From: Chlorobi bacterium Chlorobi_1
Lineage (GTDB): Bacteria > Bacteroidota > Chlorobiia > Chlorobiales > Chlorobiaceae
Assembly (NCBI GenBank): GCA_900299075.1
Contig: OMIK01000065.1
Location: forward strand, 13,059-77,058
Length of the DNA: 64,000 nucleotides
Direction: 5' to 3'
Shown here: piece by piece, positions 18,676 through 28,530 of the stretch
Position numbering within the stretch: the first letter of the stretch is position 1
How the letters are laid out: each line of letters starts with the position of its first letter
Notes under the pieces: generated by a model
Database searches by the model: none
The model's input: the letters and a program-made list of their open reading frames with translations, nothing else
What the model was told of the DNA's origin: nothing
Translations under genes and position numbers: made by a program

Positions 18676-20124
18676 ATGGATCCAAAAAATATCACGACCA
18701 AGGAACGCCTCGCCATTCCCCGTCAGGTGATGCCGGCGCAGGACCCCGAGCTCCGCATGGGCAACTTCGAGGAGGTGCATCTCGGCCTTACCCCGGAACT
18801 GGCCCGGATGGAGGCGTTGCGCTGCATCCAGTGCAAGGACCCGGTATGCATCCAGGGTTGCCCGGTGAATATCAAGATCGACCAGTTCATCAAGCTGATC
18901 GCCGAAGGTGATTTCCTCGGCGCGGCCAGGAAGGTCAAGGAGGACAACGTGCTGCCCGCCATCTGCGGCAGGGTATGCCCCCAGGAGGACCAGTGCGAGA
19001 AGGTCTGCGTGATCGGCAAGCAGCGCGAATCGGTCGCGATCGGCAACCTCGAGCGATTCGTTGGCGACTACGAGCGCCAGACCGGCCAGAGGATCGTACC
19101 GGAGATGGCGCCCCCGACCGGCAAGAGGGTCGCGGTCATCGGCAGCGGCCCGGCAGGGTTGAGCTGCGCGAACGACCTGGCCCAGTTCGGGCACAAGGTG
19201 GTGGTGTTCGAGGCGCTGCACGAGCTCGGCGGCGTGCTGATGTACGGCATCCCCGAGTTCCGCCTGCCGAAGGAGATCGTCCGTGACGAGCTCGACGGCC
19301 TCCGGAAGATGGGCATCGAGTTCCGCACCAACGTCGTGGTCGGCCGGACCATCACCATCGACGAGCTGATGGAGGAGGAGGGCTTCGACGCGATCTTCAT
19401 CGGCGTCGGCGCAGGGCTTCCCTGGTTCATGGGCATCCCCGGCGAGAACCTGGTCGGGGTGCTGGCCGCCAACGAGTTCCTCACCAGGGTCAACCTGATG
19501 AAGGCCTACGACTTCCCGGCGAGCGACACCCCGGTGTTCGACTGCAAGGGCAAGAGCGTCGCGGTCTTCGGCGGCGGCAACACCGCCATGGACGCCGTGC
19601 GCACCGCAAAGCGCCTCGGCGCCGAGCACGCCTATATCGTCTACCGCCGTTCGGAGGCGGAGATGCCGGCCCGCGAGGAGGAGATCCACCACGCGCAGAA
19701 GGAGGGGATCGAGTTCCAGCTCCTGACCATTCCGCTCGAGTTCGTCGGCGACGACAAGGCCCGCCTCACCGGCGTGAAGTGCCAGAAGATGGAGCTCGGC
19801 GAACCCGACGAATCCGGCCGGCGCAAACCGGTACCCCTCGAGGGTTCGGAGTTCGTGCTCCCGCTCGACATGGCGGTGATCTCGATCGGCAACGGCTCGA
19901 ACCCGCTGATCAAGCAGACCACACCCGACATCGAGGTCAGCAGGAAGGAGACGATCGTCGTCGACGTCAACACCATGCAGACCTCCAAGGAGAACGTCTA
20001 CGCCGGCGGTGACATCGTCACCGGAGGCGCAACCGTCATCCTCGCCATGGGCGCCGGACGCAAGGCCGCCGCGGCCATACACGAAAAGCTCTGCGGCACC
20101 GGACAGAATTTCAACGAGTGGTAA
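18676..20124 (+). CDS. sudA: NfnB/SudA (GltA/GltD-like) NADPH-binding FeS flavoprotein
   Basis: CIQCKDPVCIQGCPV, CGRVCPQEDQC, IGSGPAG, GGGNTAMD, YAGGDIVTG. Confidence 0.92.
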   Translation: MDPKNITTKERLAIPRQVMPAQDPELRMGNFEEVHLGLTPELARMEALRCIQCKDPVCIQGCPVNIKIDQFIKLIAEGDFLGAARKVKEDNVLPAICGRVCPQEDQCEKVCVIGKQRESVAIGNLERFVGDYERQTGQRIVPEMAPPTGKRVAVIGSGPAGLSCANDLAQFGHKVVVFEALHELGGVLMYGIPEFRLPKEIVRDELDGLRKMGIEFRTNVVVGRTITIDELMEEEGFDAIFIGVGAGLPWFMGIPGENLVGVLAANEFLTRVNLMKAYDFPASDTPVFDCKGKSVAVFGGGNTAMDAVRTAKRLGAEHAYIVYRRSEAEMPAREEEIHHAQKEGIEFQLLTIPLEFVGDDKARLTGVKCQKMELGEPDESGRRKPVPLEGSEFVLPLDMAVISIGNGSNPLIKQTTPDIEVSRKETIVVDVNTMQTSKENVYAGGDIVTGGATVILAMGAGRKAAAAIHEKLCGTGQNFNEW

Positions 20125-20128
20125 ACCC

Positions 20129-20533
20129 ATGGCGGAGCTTTACCGATTCGGGATCTCCCTCGACCGCGAACTGATCGAGACCTTCGACCGGCATATCGCC
20201 AAGCAGCGGTACCAGAGCCGGTCGGAGGCGATCCGCGACCTCATCCGCGAAGAGCTCGTCTTCAAGAAGTGGACCGAGGGTGGCACGGTGGCCGGGGCGA
20301 TCGTGATGACCTTCGACCACCACAAGCGGGAGCTGGTCAACCGCCTGCTCGAAATACAGCACGACTTCCACGACATCATCATCTCCACCCAGCACGTGCA
20401 CCTCGACCACGGCAACTGCCTCGAGGTGATCGCGGTCAAGGGACAGGCTCCGCAGGTTGAACAGCTGTCGACCGCCCTCAAGGTTCAGGTCGGGGTCAAG
20501 CACCTCAGCCTCAGCGTCTCCGCAGCAGAGTGA
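20129..20533 (+). CDS. nikR: Nickel-responsive regulator NikR
   Basis: Ribbon-helix-helix RFGISL...SRSEAIRDLIR; metal site STQHVHLDHGNCLEVI. Confidence 0.96.
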   Translation: MAELYRFGISLDRELIETFDRHIAKQRYQSRSEAIRDLIREELVFKKWTEGGTVAGAIVMTFDHHKRELVNRLLEIQHDFHDIIISTQHVHLDHGNCLEVIAVKGQAPQVEQLSTALKVQVGVKHLSLSVSAAE

Positions 20534-20567
20534 CCGCCCATGCTCGCAGGGGCCCTGCTTGCGATTG

Positions 20568-20596
20568 GATAGCACGAATATTATTTTCATGCTATC
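20568..20596. promoter_or_regulatory. Putative NikR operator
   Basis: gatagcacgaa-tattatt-ttcatgctatc: 10/11 inverted repeat just upstream of the transporter genes and downstream of nikR. Confidence 0.65.
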
Positions 20597-20624
20597 AGCG
20601 TTCCGCCAATCCCGAACACCTTCC

Positions 20625-21404
20625 ATGCTGAAAAAAGCTCTTTCCCTCGCCGTTGCCGCCGCCATCTTCTCCGCACCGGCTTTCGCCGCGATGCCCCTGG
20701 TCACCGACGATACCGGAACCCAGGGCAAAGGAGGCCTGCAGCTCGAAACCGGCCTGGAACGGCAGCGGGCGACAGTGGCCGGCACCACCACGACTGCATG
20801 GCTCTCCGCCGCCGCCCTCACCTTCGGGCTTGGCGACAGGGTCGACCTGGTCGCCGGCGTTCCGTGGACCTTGCAAACGGTTGAGGCGGCCGGGAGATCG
20901 GTGAGCGACAACGGCATCGGCGACCTCGCGCTGCAGCTCAAATGGCGCTTCGCCGAGCTGGAGGAGGGCAGGTTCAGCATCGCGGTGAAACCGTGCATCA
21001 CCATCCCGGCCGGCAACGAGGAGCAGGGGTTCGGAACCGGCAAGGTGACCGCAGGAGCCCTGCTGATCGCGACGCACCGGGGCGCCCTCGGAGCCCTGCA
21101 CCTCAACCTCGGCTATACCCGCAACAGCTACAGGATCGAAGCGCAGGAGGCCGCAAGCAGGAAAGCGATCTGGCACGCCTCGGTCGCCGGGGAGCTGCAG
21201 GTGTCCGGCACGCTCCGCGCGATTGCGGACAGCGGGTTGGACACGAACCGTGACAGCGGGAAAGGGACTCACCCGGCCTACCTGCTCGGCGGAGTGATCT
21301 ACAGCCCGTCGGAGCGCCTCGACCTCGACTTGGGCGTCAAGGGGGGCCTGAACGATGCGCAGCCGGCGACCTCGCTCCTTGCCGGCGCCACCATGCATCT
21401 CTGA
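20625..21404 (+). CDS. Exported outer-membrane beta-barrel protein (MetA-pathway / 'transporter' family-like)
   Basis: Signal peptide ending AFA-A; PLVTDDTGT, GIGDL.L..KW, HLNLGY, LDLDLG amphipathic strands. Confidence 0.75.
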   Translation: MLKKALSLAVAAAIFSAPAFAAMPLVTDDTGTQGKGGLQLETGLERQRATVAGTTTTAWLSAAALTFGLGDRVDLVAGVPWTLQTVEAAGRSVSDNGIGDLALQLKWRFAELEEGRFSIAVKPCITIPAGNEEQGFGTGKVTAGALLIATHRGALGALHLNLGYTRNSYRIEAQEAASRKAIWHASVAGELQVSGTLRAIADSGLDTNRDSGKGTHPAYLLGGVIYSPSERLDLDLGVKGGLNDAQPATSLLAGATMHL

Positions 21405-21429
21405 CCGTACAAACCCGGAGGATCCTGCC

Positions 21430-22344
21430 ATGCACATGTCGGACGCACTGCTCTCGCCTGCCGTAGGAGGCGCCTTCTGGGCGGCGAGCGCCGGGCTGAT
21501 CGGCTATTCGGCAAGAAAGATCGCCGCCGAGGCGGACGGTTCGAAAACCGTGCTCATGGGGGTGCTCGGCGCATTCGTCTTCGCCGCCCAGATGATCAAC
21601 TTCGCCATACCCGGCACCGGTTCAAGCGGCCACATCGGCGGCGGCCTGCTGCTTGCCGTGCTGCTCGGGCCATCGAGGGGCTTCGTCACGCTCTCCTCGG
21701 TACTGGTGATCCAGGCGCTCTTCTTCGCCGACGGCGGGCTGCTCGCGCTCGGCTGCAACATCTTCAACATGGCGTTCTTCCCGGCCTTCGTCGCACGCCC
21801 CTTCATCTACGGGCCCGTCGCCGGGAACGGCGCATCCCCCGGCAGGCTTGCCGCCGGCAGCATCCTCGCCGCGACCGCGGGCCTGGTGGCCGGAGCACTC
21901 TCGGTCGTCGTCGAAACCGCGGCATCAGGCGTCTCCGACCTTCCTTTCGGCACTTTCACGCTCTTCATGCTGCCGATCCACCTGGCCATCGGCATAGTCG
22001 AAGGCGTCCTGACCTGGGGGGTGCTCTCGTTCGTCAGGAAAACCGAACCGGCCCTGCTTCCGACAGGCAACGGAACTGCAGGAAGTGCCGGACGCCCGAT
22101 CGCCGCCACGCTCCTCGCGGCAGCCGTTGTGGTGGCCGGCATTCTCCCGGAGCTCTCTTCGGCAAAACCCGACGGCCTGGAGTGGTCCATCCTGAAAGTG
22201 ACCGGCAAAACGGCGCAACAACAACAGCCCTCCGAAACAGCCCCTTCCGCGACGGGCATCCTTGGCAGCATGATGGTGTTCATCGCTGCGGGATCCGCAG
22301 GCCTCCTGTTGCGGAAAAGTCCGGGAAAATCCGGGAGAAGCTGA
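21430..22344 (+). CDS. nikM: Ni/Co ECF transporter substrate component (NikM/CbiM fused to a PDGLE NikN-like segment)
   Basis: N-terminal MHMSD metal-binding motif, SSGHIGG, GCNIFNM, C-terminal KPDGLEWS. Confidence 0.88.
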   Translation: MHMSDALLSPAVGGAFWAASAGLIGYSARKIAAEADGSKTVLMGVLGAFVFAAQMINFAIPGTGSSGHIGGGLLLAVLLGPSRGFVTLSSVLVIQALFFADGGLLALGCNIFNMAFFPAFVARPFIYGPVAGNGASPGRLAAGSILAATAGLVAGALSVVVETAASGVSDLPFGTFTLFMLPIHLAIGIVEGVLTWGVLSFVRKTEPALLPTGNGTAGSAGRPIAATLLAAAVVVAGILPELSSAKPDGLEWSILKVTGKTAQQQQPSETAPSATGILGSMMVFIAAGSAGLLLRKSPGKSGRS

Positions 22345-23090
22345 TGCTCCGGGAAAACCGCCCTACGATAGAGCCGGCCCTCTCCTGCAGCCTGCCGGTG
22401 AGCGACAGCGCGGCAATCGTGCTCCTGGCCCTGTTCATCCTGAGCGTCGTCTCGGTCCCCAAGTACGACCTGCCGGGGGTGATCGCCTTCGCGGGCTTCC
22501 CCCTGCTGCTGGCCACGGCGGCGCGGACTCCCCTGCTCCCGCTCCTGAAACGGCTTGCCGCCGCATCCCCGTTCATCCTGTTCATGGCTGGCGGGAACCT
22601 TCTTTTCGACCGTTCAGCGGTGGCCACGACCGCCCTGTTCACCGTCACCGGCGGGATGCTCTCCGCCGCCGTCATCGCCATGAAAGCCATAGTCACGCTA
22701 TCCGCACTGCTGTCGCTCATGGTGCTGATGCCGTTCCACCGTTTCGGGACGGGACTGAGGAGCCTCGGCGTTCCGGAGGTGTTCGTCACCCAGCTCCTCC
22801 TGGTCTACCGCTACAGCTTCCTGCTGTCGCACGAGGCGGGCATGATGCAGAAGGCGCGCGACCTGCGGTCGTTCGGGAAAAGGGGACGGGGGCCGGTCAT
22901 CACGGCAGGGCTGATCGGCTCACTGCTGCTCAGGACCACTTCGAGGGCCGAACGGGTCTACATGGCAATGGCGTCGAGGGGCTTCCGGAGCGCGCTGGCC
23001 CCGAGGGCGCCCGTCCGGATCGGCTCCATGGACCTGATGGTCGTCGCCGGCTCGGCCATGCTGTTCCTTGCTGTCCGGCTGCTATTCTGA
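22344..23090 (+). CDS. nikQ: ECF transporter transmembrane component NikQ/CbiQ
   Basis: Hydrophobic helices; YRYSFLL, ARDLRS, RAERVYMAMASRGF; ATG overlaps the nikM stop. Confidence 0.9.
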   Translation: MLRENRPTIEPALSCSLPVSDSAAIVLLALFILSVVSVPKYDLPGVIAFAGFPLLLATAARTPLLPLLKRLAAASPFILFMAGGNLLFDRSAVATTALFTVTGGMLSAAVIAMKAIVTLSALLSLMVLMPFHRFGTGLRSLGVPEVFVTQLLLVYRYSFLLSHEAGMMQKARDLRSFGKRGRGPVITAGLIGSLLLRTTSRAERVYMAMASRGFRSALAPRAPVRIGSMDLMVVAGSAMLFLAVRLLF

Positions 23091-23111
23091 ACCCGGCAAA
23101 AGGAGAAGGGC

Positions 23112-23831
23112 TTGATCGACATACGAAACCTCGCATTCACCTACCCCGACGGCACCAGGGCCCTCGACGGGATCACCATGGAGGTCCGGGCCGGGGCATC
23201 GACGGGCATCGTCGGGGCGAACGGAGCAGGGAAATCGACGCTCGTCAGCCACCTGAACGGCTGGTTCGTCCCGCAGGAGGGCACCGTCGCCGTGGACGGC
23301 ATCGAATCGTGCGCGAAGATGGCCGAGGAGATCCGGAAAAGGGTCGGGCTCGTGTTCCAGAATGCGGACGACCAGCTCTTCATGGCCAGCCTCCTGGAGG
23401 ATGTGCTGTTCGGCCCGGCGAACCTCGGCAGGGAGAGGAGGGAGTCGGAGGCCGCTGCGGAGCGGCTGCTCCGGGAGTTCGGGCTCTGGGAGCTTCGCGA
23501 CAAGCCCCCGTCGCACCTCTCCCAGGGCCAGAAGCGCTTCGCCGCGCTGGCCGCGGTGCTCGTCATGGAGCCGTCGATCCTCGTCATGGATGAGCCCACC
23601 TCGGACCTCGACCCGAGGAACAGGAGGAAGCTGATCGGGCTGGTCGACCGCCTGCCGTTCACCAGGGTCACGGTCTCCCACGACCTCGATTTCATCTGGG
23701 AGACCTGCAGCCAGGTCTGCATCATGAACCATGGGCGGATCGCCGCGTCCGGCCCTGCCCGCGAACTCCTCTCGGACCGGGAACTGCTGGAGTCCAACGG
23801 CCTCGAGCTGCCGCTGCGGCTGCAGGGGTAA
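23112..23831 (+). CDS. nikO: ECF transporter ATPase NikO/CbiO
   Basis: GANGAGKST, VFQNADDQLF, LSQGQKR, MDEPTSDLDP. Confidence 0.92.
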   Translation: MIDIRNLAFTYPDGTRALDGITMEVRAGASTGIVGANGAGKSTLVSHLNGWFVPQEGTVAVDGIESCAKMAEEIRKRVGLVFQNADDQLFMASLLEDVLFGPANLGRERRESEAAAERLLREFGLWELRDKPPSHLSQGQKRFAALAAVLVMEPSILVMDEPTSDLDPRNRRKLIGLVDRLPFTRVTVSHDLDFIWETCSQVCIMNHGRIAASGPARELLSDRELLESNGLELPLRLQG

Positions 23832-23852
23832 TCCGGCAAAAAGACATCCCGT

Positions 23853-24758
23853 TCACACGCCGTCCAGCAGCAGGCTCCATACGGCAAGGGTGACGAAGGA
23901 GACCAGCAGGCCAAGCGAGACCATGAGGTTGGCGAGCGGCGGATCGAGCCGGTGTTCGGTTGCGATGATCCCTGCGGTGATCATGGTCGGCATGGCCGCC
24001 TCGAAAATGGTAATCCGTGCAGGCAGGCCATGCATGCCTGCCGCGACGACATAGAGGAGGTAAAGGAGGATCGGGGCCAGGACAAGCTTGAAGCCCAGGC
24101 CGAGGGCCAGCGTGCCGCGGCTACCGCCGATATGGCCCGGACTGAACCGGAATCCTACCGAAAACAGCGCCATCGGGGCGAGCATGTCGCTCAACCGCCT
24201 GACGAGCACCGCGAACCAGGAGGGCCAGGCCACGTCGTTCAGCAGGATTGCGGCCACCACGGCGATGAACGAGGGGAACAGCAGCACCCGTTTCAGGATG
24301 GTCCGGGCATCGGGCCGGCCATGCGAATAGATGCCGGCAACGGTCATGCCGAGGATCGACACCACCATGAAGCTTCCGAGCTGGTCCACGATGATGCCGT
24401 GCACGATTCCGGCTTTGCCATAGAAGGCTTCGATCATCGGAAAACCGAAAAACGAAGTATTGCCCAGCCCACCGCAGAGGATAAGCGACCCGACGGTAGG
24501 AGGCGGCAGCCGCAGCACGTTGCCGACCGTGACGAAAAAGAGAGCCGACAGGCCGAAAGCGACCCAGGGCATGGAGGCAGGAAAGAGCATCTCCGGCCTG
24601 AACTGAAGGCCATGGAGATAGTTGAGCACCATCGCCGGCAGCGAGACGTGGATGATGAAGGCGTTCAGAACGGAGGGAGCATCTTCAGGCATGCGTCCGG
24701 AGCGGCGCATGAGCAGGCCTGCCGTGAACGAAACGGCAAGAAGGATCAGGTTGTCCAT
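23853..24758 (-). CDS. AEC (auxin efflux carrier) family transporter
   Basis: LNAFIIHVSLPA, GNTSFFGFPMI, EAAMP; about 10 transmembrane helices. Confidence 0.88.
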   Translation of the reverse strand: MDNLILLAVSFTAGLLMRRSGRMPEDAPSVLNAFIIHVSLPAMVLNYLHGLQFRPEMLFPASMPWVAFGLSALFFVTVGNVLRLPPPTVGSLILCGGLGNTSFFGFPMIEAFYGKAGIVHGIIVDQLGSFMVVSILGMTVAGIYSHGRPDARTILKRVLLFPSFIAVVAAILLNDVAWPSWFAVLVRRLSDMLAPMALFSVGFRFSPGHIGGSRGTLALGLGFKLVLAPILLYLLYVVAAGMHGLPARITIFEAAMPTMITAGIIATEHRLDPPLANLMVSLGLLVSFVTLAVWSLLLDGV

Positions 24759-24815
24759 GGAGCTGCAGGCTGGTCGGATGGCCTTCCCGGAAGAAACCGG
24801 GAAGGCGATGCGGTG

Positions 24816-26030
24816 CTACTCCCCGGCGGATGGAGCCGGTTCAGAAGAGGCCTCGGCTCCTTCCGAACCGCTTTTCTTCCGGGCCGGGCGGCGGGGCTTG
24901 CGCTTCGGGCGGGCTTCGGGTTCTGCCGGGGCTTCGGCAGCGGGAGCGGCGGCCGGTTCGGGGGCGGGCGCCTCATCCACCACGGCGACGGCAGCAGGTT
25001 CCCCTGGCTTGGGTTCGGCCGTTTTCCTGGCAGGGCGGCGCGACCTGCGGCTTGGACGGGCCTGCACCTCGGGAGCCGGAGCCGCTTCGGCAATAGCTTG
25101 TCCAACGGGTGCGGGAGCAACTTCGACGACAGGTTCCGGGGCCGGGGCGGCCTTCTCCGGGATCGGGAACTCCTCGATCGGCGCAGGCGGCACCGGGGCC
25201 GTGTGGTGGGCATGCGAATGGCTTTGCTGATGGCCGTGGTCGTGATGGTGCGGATGGAGATGCGCGGATTCCGGCTGCGGGGCGCCGCCATGCTCCGGCC
25301 TCCGGGCCTTGCGCTTGTCCCTGACGTAGAGCTCGGAGTTCTTGTTGCGGAACTCGATGTCGAAGAGGTCGACCGCACGGATCATGTCCGACAGGCGCTT
25401 GAAACCGTAGTTCCTCGGATCGAAGGAGGCCTGGTTGGCGATGTTCTTGCCGATCTTTGCGAGGTTGGACCAGCCGTCCTCCTCCTGGGCGCTGTCGACC
25501 GCGTTCCTGATGAGGGTGATCAGCTTGCTGTCCCCCTTGAGCTCCTGCGGGGAGCGCCGGCCTCGCCCGCCATCGCCGCTCCTGGACTTCTCGGCGCCGA
25601 CCGACTCGAGGTAGAGGAAGGTGGAGCAGGCGTTCACGAAGGGCGATGGCGTCGACTTCTGGCCGAAGCCGTAGACGTTGAGCCCTTCGGAGAGGATGCG
25701 CATGACCAGCGGGGTGAAGTCGCTGTCGCTCGACACGATGCAGAAGGCGTCGAGCTTCGATCCGTAGAGCAGGTCCATGCCGTCGATGGTCATGGCCATG
25801 TCGGTGGCGTTCTTGCCCTTGGTGTAGTCGAACTGCTGGATCGGCCGGATCGCGTAGTCGTGCAGCTTGTCCTCCCACCCCTTGAGCGAACGGCTCTTCC
25901 AGTTGCCGTAGGCGCGCCGGATGTTCACCACCCCGTACTTGGCCATCTCGGCCAGGATGAAATCTATCTTGTCGCTCGGTGAGTTGTCGGCGTCGATGAG
26001 CATGGCGATCGTTTCCCTGCTGTGCTCCAT
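24816..26030 (-). CDS. NYN-domain protein with OST-HTH/LOTUS domain and a long low-complexity tail
   Basis: LIDADN, RRAYGNW, KNATDMAMTID, VSSDSDFTPL (NYN); DGWSNLAKIG...FDPRNYGFKRLSD (LOTUS); His-, Pro- and Ala-rich tail. Confidence 0.9.
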   Translation of the reverse strand: MEHSRETIAMLIDADNSPSDKIDFILAEMAKYGVVNIRRAYGNWKSRSLKGWEDKLHDYAIRPIQQFDYTKGKNATDMAMTIDGMDLLYGSKLDAFCIVSSDSDFTPLVMRILSEGLNVYGFGQKSTPSPFVNACSTFLYLESVGAEKSRSGDGGRGRRSPQELKGDSKLITLIRNAVDSAQEEDGWSNLAKIGKNIANQASFDPRNYGFKRLSDMIRAVDLFDIEFRNKNSELYVRDKRKARRPEHGGAPQPESAHLHPHHHDHGHQQSHSHAHHTAPVPPAPIEEFPIPEKAAPAPEPVVEVAPAPVGQAIAEAAPAPEVQARPSRRSRRPARKTAEPKPGEPAAVAVVDEAPAPEPAAAPAAEAPAEPEARPKRKPRRPARKKSGSEGAEASSEPAPSAGE

Positions 26031-26162
26031 AATGGTGATGTCCTCGTAAGGTTTGACCCTCCGCCCGCCGTCCTGGCTGTGCGCGAAAAGTGTTCGGAAA
26101 TGTCCTGCCGGATCCGGGTTTGGCCACTCTCGAACCACGGCGTAAGCTGTAATATAGCCTCT

Positions 26163-27200
26163 TCAGGCAAAACTCGCGGCATCGGGAGGCTCCTCGCCCG
26201 AAAATCGAAGGATCTGCGCGGCCGCCAGCGCTACCCGCCCTGCAAGGTATCCTGCGAAAACGGGGGAGTCGTTCAGGCAGGGTATCGCCTCGACCCGGAG
26301 GCCCGGTGCGGCTTCGGCAAGCTGCGCGGCCCGATGGAGCGTTTCGTTGCCGTCCGAAAAATAGCCGGCGGCGAAGACCGACACCGCCTCGAATCCTCCT
26401 TCCGGGAGGATGCGGCACAGCTCCTCGAACGAGGGGCTCGTCCACTCCCCGCCGACGTCGTGGTTGAGGTAGGCGGCCATGACCTTGCCCCACGGGTTCC
26501 TGGCGTCGGCCTCGATCGCCCCGGCAAGTCGCCGTGCAAAGGCTGCGGACTCCTCCCCGCCGGTATGGAAGCCCGGCTCCTTTCCTTCACGGTCACGGAC
26601 CAGGGTACCGTGGAAGGTCAGCAGGAGCAGGCTGCGCTCCGAACGCTCAGGTAGCTCCCGTCCGCTGTCGAACAGATGGCCGAGGTAGGCCCCGACAAGG
26701 CCATCGTCACTCCACAGGCGGCCGACGACCCTGACCCGGTGGAGTGCGTCCGGGTCCACGCTGGCGGCGAGGTGGCTGCAGATGAGCCCGCAGCTCAGGG
26801 CGTTGTCCACCGGGGACATCGGCACGACTACCCGGCCGTCATGGCCCGAGGCCTGCCTGAGCACCTGCTCGACATAGGGTTCGGAAGCGGAGTGCGCGGC
26901 CATCACCTCGTACTCGACCTTCGAAGAGGAGCGGTGCCGGTCGAGGTGGCGCTGCAGGAGCGCCGCCTGTCCCCTGGTGAGGCGGTTCTGCGGTGAGCCG
27001 CCGCTGCCCGGGGCCTGATGCAGCCGTTTCCTGAGCGAGGAGCTGAACGAGATGAGGTGCCGCAGGGGAAGCGGAATGGCCATCACCCCGGAAGCACGCG
27101 AAAGGGTATGCAGGCTGACCCGGTAGTTTTCGATGAAACCGGAGCTTTCCGCCTCTCCGTGGGAGGCCAGGATGACCGCGATCTTCTTGCGGGGCGGCAT
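26163..27200 (-). CDS. Divergent ferrochelatase-like (class II chelatase) protein
   Basis: LTFHG, GYFSDGNETL (compare the HemH SD..ETL motif), IPCLNDSP; N-terminus atypical. Confidence 0.65.
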   Translation of the reverse strand: MPPRKKIAVILASHGEAESSGFIENYRVSLHTLSRASGVMAIPLPLRHLISFSSSLRKRLHQAPGSGGSPQNRLTRGQAALLQRHLDRHRSSSKVEYEVMAAHSASEPYVEQVLRQASGHDGRVVVPMSPVDNALSCGLICSHLAASVDPDALHRVRVVGRLWSDDGLVGAYLGHLFDSGRELPERSERSLLLLTFHGTLVRDREGKEPGFHTGGEESAAFARRLAGAIEADARNPWGKVMAAYLNHDVGGEWTSPSFEELCRILPEGGFEAVSVFAAGYFSDGNETLHRAAQLAEAAPGLRVEAIPCLNDSPVFAGYLAGRVALAAAQILRFSGEEPPDAASFA

Positions 27201-27206
27201 CCCCGG

Positions 27207-28295
27207 TCAGGATTTGGCCTTCTTGCCGTTGGAGAGCTTCGCCTCCATCCCTTCGCGGAACTTCTCCGCCGGGGAGTCGACCACCAGGTCGCCCGGTTTC
27301 AGGCCGCCGACAACCTCGATGAAGGTCAGGTCGCTGTCGCCGGTCCGGATGGGCTGCTTCCTGAGCTTGCCGCCCTGGACCATCCAGACATACTCCTTCC
27401 GCTCCTCCTGGAAGACCGAGCTCTTGCGGACCAGCAGGGCGCCTTTCCGGGTGTTGTAGACGATGTTGGCCGTCGCCGTCATGCCAGCCTGCACGGAGGG
27501 AACGGGCTGGTCGAAGCGGAGGTAGACCTTCGAGGTCTTGGTGACCCGGTCGGTCTGCGGCACGATGCGCATGACCCTCGCATTGATGCGCCTGTCAGGC
27601 ATGGAGTCCAGCGCGATGACCGCGGAAAGCCCGACCCTGAGCTTCGGCACGTCGAGTTCGTCCACCTCGACGGTCACCAGGTAGCCGCTGCGGTCGGTAA
27701 CCGAAGCCACCTGCGTGTTGACGTTGACATAATCCCCGGCCTTCACGCTCTGCAGGGTCAGGGTGCCGTCGAAGGGCGCCCTGACGGCGAGCTTCTTCAG
27801 GTCGTCCTCCCGGCTCTTGAGCTGAAGGGTGCGCTGGCTCAGCACTTCGGCAGACTGGATGCTGTTGCGTTCGGCCTCGTCGAGCTGCTGCCGTGCGACG
27901 GCCCCTTCGCCGAAGAGCCTGCGGCTGCGCTCCAGCTTGAGGCGGCTGTCGCGGGCCGCCGCCTGCTGCTCGGCAACCGCGGCACGGGCCTCCTGGACCG
28001 CGATCCCCGGCTGCTGGGCATCGAACTCGATGATCATCTGCCCCGCCCTGACCTGCTGCCCCTCGAGGGCGCCGATCGCGCGGACCTTGCCGGAGATCTC
28101 GGCACTCAGGCTCGCGGCACGCTCGGCCTCGACATAGCCGGTCGCATAGACCGCCTCGACCAGCTCGGCCTTTGCCACCCTGCTCGCATCGACATTGACG
28201 GTGTTGCCCCGGGTAAGGAGGTAGCCGACCGTCGCGACCAGCACCACGGCGAGCGCGAGCGAATACCTGGGGAGCATTTTCTGCAGGTTCTGCAT
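27207..28295 (-). CDS. Efflux periplasmic adaptor (membrane fusion protein, MacA/HlyD-like)
   Basis: N-terminal anchor, ATGYVEA, lipoyl-like GQQVRAGQ, coiled hairpin, VRAPFDG, GMTATANI. Confidence 0.9.
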   Translation of the reverse strand: MQNLQKMLPRYSLALAVVLVATVGYLLTRGNTVNVDASRVAKAELVEAVYATGYVEAERAASLSAEISGKVRAIGALEGQQVRAGQMIIEFDAQQPGIAVQEARAAVAEQQAAARDSRLKLERSRRLFGEGAVARQQLDEAERNSIQSAEVLSQRTLQLKSREDDLKKLAVRAPFDGTLTLQSVKAGDYVNVNTQVASVTDRSGYLVTVEVDELDVPKLRVGLSAVIALDSMPDRRINARVMRIVPQTDRVTKTSKVYLRFDQPVPSVQAGMTATANIVYNTRKGALLVRKSSVFQEERKEYVWMVQGGKLRKQPIRTGDSDLTFIEVVGGLKPGDLVVDSPAEKFREGMEAKLSNGKKAKS

Positions 28296-28530
28296 GGGGT
28301 CTCAGGGGATTACGGTTGAGGGCCGGCCGGCGGTGCCGACACGGCCCCGACAGACGGGAATGGCTGGCACGATGGACCGCGGGCGGGTTCGCAGGGCGGA
28401 TTCTGGCGGTTGGCACTTTTTATGGGCTGCAACCTCGATTTTTCCATATATTTAGGCCAGACTTACGACACTTATCGCCGCACGGCCCCCTACGGGAGCA
28501 CCGCGGCATGAACATTAATCTACATCTTCG

